Shown here: positions 58,229 to 64,000 of the stretch, piece by piece
Position numbering within the stretch: position 1 is the first letter of the stretch
Layout: each line of letters begins with the position of its first letter
Assembly: GCA_021773795.1 (NCBI GenBank)
Contig: JAJFJT010000004.1
Coordinates: 17,204 to 81,203, forward strand
Origin: Gammaproteobacteria bacterium
GTDB lineage: Bacteria > Pseudomonadota > Gammaproteobacteria > HK1
Reading direction: 5' to 3'
DNA length: 64,000 nt
Translations under genes and position numbers: made by a program
Notes under the pieces: generated by a model
Seen by the model: only the letters and a program-made list of their open reading frames with translations
What the model was told of the DNA's origin: nothing
The model's database searches: none

Positions 58229-59583
58229 CTATCGCCTTCCTGTTCATCGCGCTGTTCTCTCTACTCTTTATTGGTGCGCCCATCGCCGTTGCCCTTGGGC
58301 TATCCAGCGTCTCCACCATGCTCTTCTTTGCCGATGACGACCTGGCCTCGCTGGCCGGCAAGCTATTCGACACCATGCACCATTACACGTTGATGGCGAT
58401 TCCGTTCTTCGTCCTGTCATCGGCCTTTCTTTCCACTGGGGGTGTTGCACGCCGGCTAATCCGCTTTGCCACTAACATAGTTGGGCATTTACCGGGGGGG
58501 CTGGCCATGGCCAGCGTCGTTGCCTGCATCCTGTTTGCGGCCGTCTCCGGGTCATCGCCAGCTACCGTGGTGGCCATCGGCTCTATCGTTATCATCGGGA
58601 TGGTAAAGGCGGGTTACAGCCAGGATTTCGCAGCGGGTCTGATCGCCAATGCAGGCACTCTGGGCATTCTGATTCCGCCGTCCATCGTCATGGTGGTCTA
58701 CGCAGCAGCAACCGAGGTCTCCGTAGGCCGCATGTTCATGGCGGGTGTCATCCCAGGCATCGTTGCCGGCGCCATGCTGATGATTACCATCTACATCATT
58801 GCCCGGGTCAAGAACCTGCCGCGCCAGCCCGTACCCACCTTCCGGGAATTCCGGGAATCTTTTACTGACGCCATCTGGGGATTGTTGCTCATCGTCATCA
58901 TCATGGGGGGTATCTACGGGGGTATCTTCACCCCCACGGAAGCGGCCGCAGTGGCTGCGGTATACGCCTATTTCATCGCCATTTTCGTGTACAAGGACAT
59001 GGGCCCCCTGAAAGAAGGCGCACCAAAGCTTCCTTTACATAAGTTGGCAGTCCAGGTTTTCGTTCACGAAGATGTCGTAAAAACCCTGCTGGATGCCGCC
59101 CGCGTGACCATCATGCTGATGTTCATCATTGCCAACGCAATGCTGTTCGCTCACGTGCTGACCGCTGAACGAATTCCCCATGCAATCACCGACTTGATCG
59201 TTGGCGCAGGTCTTGGGCCCATCTCCTTCCTGCTCATCGTCAACCTGATCCTGATCCTTGCCGGTGACTTTATGGAGCCCTCGGCGATCCTGCTCATCAT
59301 GGCACCGATCCTGTTTCCCATTGCGGTACGGCTGGGTATCGACCCCATCCACCTGGGTATCATCATGGTGGTCAATATGGAGATCGGCATGGTTACCCCA
59401 CCGGTGGGCCTCAACCTTTTTGTCACCGCCAGTATCACCAATATGCCCTTGGTGCGGGTGCTCAAAGCGGCTATACCGTGGATGAGTATCCTGTTGGTCT
59501 TCCTCGGAATCGTGACCTATGTACCCGCCTTGTCCACCTGGTTACCGAACCTGCTGATGGGCCCGGAGATCGTCAGCCAGTAA
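58225..59583 (+). CDS. dctM: TRAP transporter large permease (452 aa)
   Basis: Polytopic membrane protein of DctM size and sequence class. Confidence 0.9.
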   Translation: MTIAFLFIALFSLLFIGAPIAVALGLSSVSTMLFFADDDLASLAGKLFDTMHHYTLMAIPFFVLSSAFLSTGGVARRLIRFATNIVGHLPGGLAMASVVACILFAAVSGSSPATVVAIGSIVIIGMVKAGYSQDFAAGLIANAGTLGILIPPSIVMVVYAAATEVSVGRMFMAGVIPGIVAGAMLMITIYIIARVKNLPRQPVPTFREFRESFTDAIWGLLLIVIIMGGIYGGIFTPTEAAAVAAVYAYFIAIFVYKDMGPLKEGAPKLPLHKLAVQVFVHEDVVKTLLDAARVTIMLMFIIANAMLFAHVLTAERIPHAITDLIVGAGLGPISFLLIVNLILILAGDFMEPSAILLIMAPILFPIAVRLGIDPIHLGIIMVVNMEIGMVTPPVGLNLFVTASITNMPLVRVLKAAIPWMSILLVFLGIVTYVPALSTWLPNLLMGPEIVSQ

Positions 59584-59654
59584 GGCCCCTTGTCGCACCC
59601 AGGCGACGTAACCTCCCCTTCTCGTACTGCCACTTTTGTTGAGCGCATTTTTTA

Positions 59655-59691
59655 ATATATGCTTGACCACATATATGTAGATCCGTATATT
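59655..59691 (+). promoter_or_regulatory. putative arsR promoter with embedded dyad operator
   Basis: ATATATG-N8-CATATAT dyad (59655-59676) spans a TTGACC -35 (59663-59668). TATATT -10 (59686-59691) sits at 17-bp spacing. The ATG at 59699 is only ~8 nt downstream. Confidence 0.45.
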
Positions 59692-59698
59692 GCTCTGC

Positions 59699-60052
59699 AT
59701 GTATCCCGATACCGATCTGTTTTTCCGCATGATTGCCGATAACACCCGCCTGCGTGCGCTGATGCTGCTCCAGCACGAAGGGGAGTTATGCGTTTGCGAG
59801 CTGACGCAGGCCTTGGGTTTGTCCCAACCAAAGATCTCCCGACACCTGGCTCATCTGCGGGAGGCCGGTATTCTGCTTACGCAGCGCACCGGGCAGTGGA
59901 TGTATTACCGCCTCAATCCTGAACTTCCTGCATGGATGCACACCATCCTCGGAAACACCCTGGATGGTATTGGCAACTCCACCCCATTTGCATCCGACCA
60001 CTGCTTGCTCAAAGCCATGCCGAATCGGCCTGCCACCAGTTGTTGCACCTGA
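59699..60052 (+). CDS. arsR: ArsR/SmtB-family transcriptional repressor
   Basis: ELCVCEL motif in the HTH region. C-terminal Cys pair (TSCC). Confidence 0.85.
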   Translation: MYPDTDLFFRMIADNTRLRALMLLQHEGELCVCELTQALGLSQPKISRHLAHLREAGILLTQRTGQWMYYRLNPELPAWMHTILGNTLDGIGNSTPFASDHCLLKAMPNRPATSCCT

Positions 60053-60080
60053 CTCCATTCCTAAACTAAAGAGAGTTCCC

Positions 60081-60518
60081 ATGTCCCGTTTACACATTCA
60101 TATTTCCGTCGATACACTCGATCCCAGCATCCAGTTTTATTCAGCCCTGTTTGGTTCTGAACCCAGTGTCCTGAAAGAAGACTACGCAAAATGGGACCTT
60201 CAGGAGCCCGCTGTCAACTTCGCCATCTCGGCGCGAGGAAAGAAAACTGGACTGGATCATGTGGGTATCCAGACTGAGTCAGAAGAGGAACTGGCAGCAG
60301 TACAGGCCAGACTGGATGCGGCAGGCATCTCCGGCATTTCCCAGGACGGCACCTGCTGCTATGCCAGTTCACAGAAATACTGGAGCATCGATCCCCAGGG
60401 CATTGCCTGGGAGGGCTTCCACACTCTGGATTCGATTCCAACCTTTAATGATGCCGACACCCAGGCTCCTGAGAATAGTTGCTGTGTGCCTGATAGTGCA
60501 GCTTCATGCTGTAGCTAA
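60081..60518 (+). CDS. ArsI/CadI-like VOC-fold metalloenzyme (145 aa)
   Basis: Glyoxalase/dioxygenase fold. Candidate metal ligands are His in MSRLHIH, His in LDHVGIQ and Glu in AWEGF. Vicinal Cys pair GTCCYA as in ArsI C-As lyases. Cys-rich tail CCVPDSAASCC. Confidence 0.6.
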   Translation: MSRLHIHISVDTLDPSIQFYSALFGSEPSVLKEDYAKWDLQEPAVNFAISARGKKTGLDHVGIQTESEEELAAVQARLDAAGISGISQDGTCCYASSQKYWSIDPQGIAWEGFHTLDSIPTFNDADTQAPENSCCVPDSAASCCS

Positions 60519-60575
60519 GAGACTGTTAATGTTAACCTTTATCTCATTAAATCAAACCCTTTGGGGAGGCTCCAC

Positions 60576-61685
60576 ATGAAAGCACGCGCCGCAGTTGCAT
60601 GGGGGCCTAAACAACCTCTATCCATTGAAGAAATCGATGTGGAGGGCCCCAGGGACGGCGAGGTCCTGTTAAAAGTCATCGCTTCCGGGGTATGCCATAC
60701 CGATGCCTTCACCCTGTCCGGCAATGATCCGGAAGGTGCCTTCCCTTGCGTCCTTGGCCATGAGGGTGGTTGCGAGGTGGTGGAGTGCGGCCCGGGGGTC
60801 AAGGACCTCAAGCCGGGCGATCACGTTATTCCCCTCTATATTCCTGAATGTGGTAAATGCGAATACTGCCACTCCGATCAGACCAATCTATGCCAATCCA
60901 TCGCCTCCACGGTGTGGACTGGCTACATGCCCGATGGCACCCGGCGCTTTTCACACAAAGGTAAGCCGATTTATCACTACATGGGCTGCTCCACCTTCTC
61001 CGAATACACCGTGGTGCCAGAAATTGCGCTGGCCAAGATCAATCCGGCAGCGCCGCTGGAAAAGGTTTGCCTGCTCGGTTGCGGTATCACTACCGGCATC
61101 GGTGCGGTGCTCAATACTGCCAAGGTAAAACCCGGTTCCACGGTGGCCATTTTTGGCCTCGGCGGCATCGGTCTATCGGTGATTCAGGGCGCAGTCATGG
61201 CCAAAGCCGGGCGAATTATTGTCATCGATACCAACACTGATAAATTCAACATGGCCCGCGACCTCGGAGCCACCGACTTCATCAATCCGCGGGAGCTGGA
61301 TGTGAGTGTCACCGAGGCGGTGGTCGATATGACCAATGGCGGTGTGGATTACTCTTTCGAATGCATCGGCAACGTCGATGTGATGAGAGAGGCACTGGAG
61401 TGCTGCCATATGGGCTGGGGAGTCGCCACTATCATCGGTGTGGCCGGTGCCGGACAGGAGATTCATACCCGCCCCTTCCAGTTAGTGACCGGCAGAACCT
61501 GGAAAGGTACCGCCTTCGGAGGCGTCAAGGGCCGCAGCCAGCTACCCGGCTACGTGGACCGCTATCTCTCCGGCGAGATCGAACTCGATGCCATGATCAC
61601 CCACACCCTGCCACTGGAAGAGATCAATACCGCCTTTGATCTCATGCACGCAGGCAAGAGCATCCGCTCGGTAATCATTTTCTAG
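60576..61685 (+). CDS. frmA: S-(hydroxymethyl)glutathione dehydrogenase / class III alcohol dehydrogenase (369 aa)
   Basis: GVCHTD and GHEGG zinc-ADH motifs. Class III hallmarks and length. ATG after GGGGAGG. Confidence 0.9.
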   Translation: MKARAAVAWGPKQPLSIEEIDVEGPRDGEVLLKVIASGVCHTDAFTLSGNDPEGAFPCVLGHEGGCEVVECGPGVKDLKPGDHVIPLYIPECGKCEYCHSDQTNLCQSIASTVWTGYMPDGTRRFSHKGKPIYHYMGCSTFSEYTVVPEIALAKINPAAPLEKVCLLGCGITTGIGAVLNTAKVKPGSTVAIFGLGGIGLSVIQGAVMAKAGRIIVIDTNTDKFNMARDLGATDFINPRELDVSVTEAVVDMTNGGVDYSFECIGNVDVMREALECCHMGWGVATIIGVAGAGQEIHTRPFQLVTGRTWKGTAFGGVKGRSQLPGYVDRYLSGEIELDAMITHTLPLEEINTAFDLMHAGKSIRSVIIF

Positions 61686-61707
61686 CAGGCCAGGGAATAT
61701 ACCCATC

Positions 61708-62544
61708 GTGAAACAAATAGAACGTATCAAAGAGGCTGGGGGCTGGCTCGAACGCTACCAGCACGAGTCCGAGACCTGTCACTGCACCATGACCTTTTCA
61801 GTATTCCTGCCCCCGCGAGCACACAAGGAAAATGTACCCGCGGTCTACTGGCTCTCAGGTCTGACCTGCAACGACGATAACTTCCGCACCAAGGCAGGCG
61901 CACAACGCTACGCTGCAGAGCTGGACATCGCCCTGATCATTCCGGATACCAGTCCTCGGGGAGAAAAGGTGCCAGATGCGGCCGAGCGCTACGATCTTGG
62001 CCACGGCGCTGGCTTCTATGTCAACGCTACCCGACAGCCTTGGTCCAAGCATTACCGGATGTATGACTATGTTACCCGCGAACTACCGGCACTAGTGGAG
62101 CGTTGGCTGCCCATAACCCCAGGCCTGAAGTCCATCAGCGGCCACTCTATGGGCGGTCACGGCGCACTCATCGCTGCGTTACGGGAACCCGGGGCCTACC
62201 GCTCTGTATCCGCCTTCGCGCCAATCTGTCATCCGGTGGACTGCGGCTGGGGGCAAGGCTGCTTTGGCTCCTATCTGGGTGACGATCAGCAGACCTGGAA
62301 AGCTTACGATGCGAGTTGCCTGATTGAAGGGGGTGCCGCGGAGATCCCCTTGCTCATCGATCAAGGCACCACCGATGAATTTCTGCAGGATCAGCTACAC
62401 CCCGAGCAACTGGAAAATATCTGTAGCGAACGCAATTTTCCGCTTACGCTGCGCCGACAGGAAGGCTACGATCATAGCTATCACTTTATCGCCAGTTTCA
62501 TCGGTGAACACCTCGCCTATCACGCAGCCGCATTGCGCGCCTGA
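61708..62544 (+). CDS. frmB: S-formylglutathione hydrolase (esterase D family, 278 aa)
   Basis: GHSMGGHGA nucleophile elbow. Typical FghA N-terminus (…HCTMTFSVFLPP). Confidence 0.9.
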   Translation: MKQIERIKEAGGWLERYQHESETCHCTMTFSVFLPPRAHKENVPAVYWLSGLTCNDDNFRTKAGAQRYAAELDIALIIPDTSPRGEKVPDAAERYDLGHGAGFYVNATRQPWSKHYRMYDYVTRELPALVERWLPITPGLKSISGHSMGGHGALIAALREPGAYRSVSAFAPICHPVDCGWGQGCFGSYLGDDQQTWKAYDASCLIEGGAAEIPLLIDQGTTDEFLQDQLHPEQLENICSERNFPLTLRRQEGYDHSYHFIASFIGEHLAYHAAALRA

Positions 62545-62593
62545 ATAAACCTTATAGCGGGGCATAGGCCCGACAAATAGAAGGTTGCCGACC

Positions 62594-63847
62594 ATGGACA
62601 AGAAGTCCACCTGGAGCATGACCCTGCCCGCCATCGTATTAACCATGGCGGGCTTTTTACTTGCCTATCAGTTTGTCGACCCGGCGCCACCAAAGCAGTT
62701 TCGATTATCCAGCGGCTCGGCGGGTGGTGCCTACCAGGCCTTTGCCCAACGCTATCGGGATATCCTGGCCAAACGCGGCATTGAGGTTATTCTTCAGCCC
62801 AGTGCCGGCTCGGTGCAAAACCTTGAGCGACTGCGTTCCAATAAAGCAGACGCCGCGCTGGTGCAAGGAGGTGTAGACAATACAGATGGTGGCGACCTGC
62901 TGTCCCTTGGCAGCCTGTACCTGGAACCTCTGTGGATTTTTTACCGTGCCGGGGATATTAACCTGCTGCCGGATCTGGCTGGCAAGCGTCTGGCCGTAGG
63001 TTCGCCTGGCAGCGGTACCCGTGCCTTGGCCCTGCGCCTGCTGGAGGACAATGAACTCTTGGCCGACGTTGCCCTGCAACCCCTTGGCGGTGATGCCGCG
63101 CACAAGGCCCTGATTGCCGGTGAAGTGGACGCGGCTTTCTTCGTCGCATCACCCCAATCGCCTCTCATCCGCGTGCTACTGCAAGACCAAAGCCTCACTC
63201 TCCTCAGCTTTCAGCGTGCCGAGGCCTATACCCGGCGCCTGCCCTATCTCTCCAGCGTCACACTGCCACGCGGCATGGTGGTCATGGCGGAGGATCTGCC
63301 GGGTGAAGACAAGGCACTGGTCGCTGCTACCGCCAATCTCGTCGTTCGTACTGACCTGCACCCGGCCTTGCAGCAAATCCTGCTACAGGCTGCCAGTGAA
63401 GTGCATCAAGGTGGCGGATGGTTTGAACGTGCCGGAGAATTTCCCAATGCGGACTTTGCAGAATACCCGGTCAGCCCCGAAGCGCGCCGTTTCTACAAGT
63501 ACGGCCCGCCGTTGTTACAGCGCTACATGCCTTTCTGGGCCGCCACCCTGCTCGACCGCCTGAAGGTGATGCTACTACCACTACTCATGCTGATGATTCC
63601 CCTCATCAAGGTCATGCCACCGCTTTACACCTGGCGGATGCGCTCACGCATTTATCGCTGGTACCAGTCATTGCGCGAAATTGACCTGGAGAGTGAAGAG
63701 ACCGGGGCCGACAAGACAGTATTGGCGCGGCGAGCGGAAGCGCTGGAGCAAGAGGTGGCCAAGGTACACGTACCGCTATCCTTTGCCGGTCAGCTATACG
63801 ATCTGCGCCAGCATATCGATTTGGTGAAACGCCGCCTGCAGCGCTAA
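62594..63847 (+). CDS. TAXI-family TRAP solute receptor-like protein with C-terminal TM/coiled-coil extension
   Basis: SGSAGGAYQAFAQRY…GSVQNLERLRSNKADAALVQGG is TAXI-like. An N-terminal TM or signal segment, a C-terminal hydrophobic helix (LLPLLMLMIPLIKVM), and a charged helical tail. Confidence 0.7.
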   Translation: MDKKSTWSMTLPAIVLTMAGFLLAYQFVDPAPPKQFRLSSGSAGGAYQAFAQRYRDILAKRGIEVILQPSAGSVQNLERLRSNKADAALVQGGVDNTDGGDLLSLGSLYLEPLWIFYRAGDINLLPDLAGKRLAVGSPGSGTRALALRLLEDNELLADVALQPLGGDAAHKALIAGEVDAAFFVASPQSPLIRVLLQDQSLTLLSFQRAEAYTRRLPYLSSVTLPRGMVVMAEDLPGEDKALVAATANLVVRTDLHPALQQILLQAASEVHQGGGWFERAGEFPNADFAEYPVSPEARRFYKYGPPLLQRYMPFWAATLLDRLKVMLLPLLMLMIPLIKVMPPLYTWRMRSRIYRWYQSLREIDLESEETGADKTVLARRAEALEQEVAKVHVPLSFAGQLYDLRQHIDLVKRRLQR

Positions 63848-64000
63848 CGCTAACTCCCGGATATTCTCAATAACGTGGCCGCTGCACCCTGGCGCGGGCG
63901 ATCTTCACCTCATTTTGCCTGCCATTGCGCCCCTTTCGGGTAAGCACTTCATAAAGCAGGCTGCGGGTTTTTCCTACGGCCAGCGAGGTGGAAAACTCCA

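Noticed and set aside
63873-64000. Partial minus-strand ORF at the right edge ending …LAVGKTRSLLYEVLTRKGRNGRQNEVKIARARVQRPRY, with a possible HTH-like C-terminus.
   Set aside because: Only ~42 codons are visible, which is too little to assign a family. It is mentioned only as the convergent neighbour of the TAXI gene.

Overview
A 64-kb chromosomal window, probably gammaproteobacterial with a GC-rich core; I cannot name the species. I found no rRNA, tRNA or CRISPR.

(1) Positions 1-12.6 kb are a mosaic, visibly AT-richer accessory region.
- Three candidate defence modules: a wHTH/HEPN-like pair, an AT-rich two-gene cassette, and a 773-aa protein with an NDT/TIR-like domain fused to a P-loop NTPase.
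- Three toxin-antitoxin modules: hipBA, higB with a HigA-ImmA/IrrE fusion, and yefM-yoeB.
- Small translation-stress genes: an arfA-like ORF with a hairpin across its stop codon, an unannotated rmf-like ORF, and an RRM protein.
- Three copies of a ~100-120 bp MITE-like element and a second short repeat family.
- A displaced, diverged 3' fragment of the adjacent P-type ATPase gene, which together with the intact gene brackets a ~6.5-kb islet.

(2) Positions 15.4-25.9 kb hold the stand-out locus.
- A sensor kinase with two periplasmic CxxCH haem-c motifs and a sigma54 activator are transcribed divergently from a consensus-matching sigma54 promoter.
- That promoter precedes a small secreted protein and a 481-aa secreted protein. 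About 350 residues of the latter are GMGGMS / GM(R/H)GMGGMS repeats, so roughly every third residue is Met.
- Downstream lie a pentahaem cytochrome c, a Tat-exported DmsA-like molybdoenzyme, a DmsB-like FeS subunit and a TorD-like chaperone. No DmsC anchor is present.
- I propose a periplasmic Met-rich redox-sink plus Met-sulfoxide-reductase system. A Cu(I)/Ag(I) sponge is the main alternative.

(3) The remainder looks like core genome.
- Metabolism: hopanoid genes (sqs-shc-hpnG), icd, qor, a fused 5-oxoprolinase, ppdK, and Nudix, HAD, PDR-type reductase, LysR and USP genes.
- Signalling and repair: two NIT-type MCP paralogues with sigma28-like promoters, an orphan dnaE2 with a LexA box over its start codon, and an HD-GYP two-component pair.
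- Other: a beta-CASP MBL protein, a DctPQM TRAP transporter, an arsR/arsI-like/frmA/frmB cluster, and an orphan TAXI receptor.
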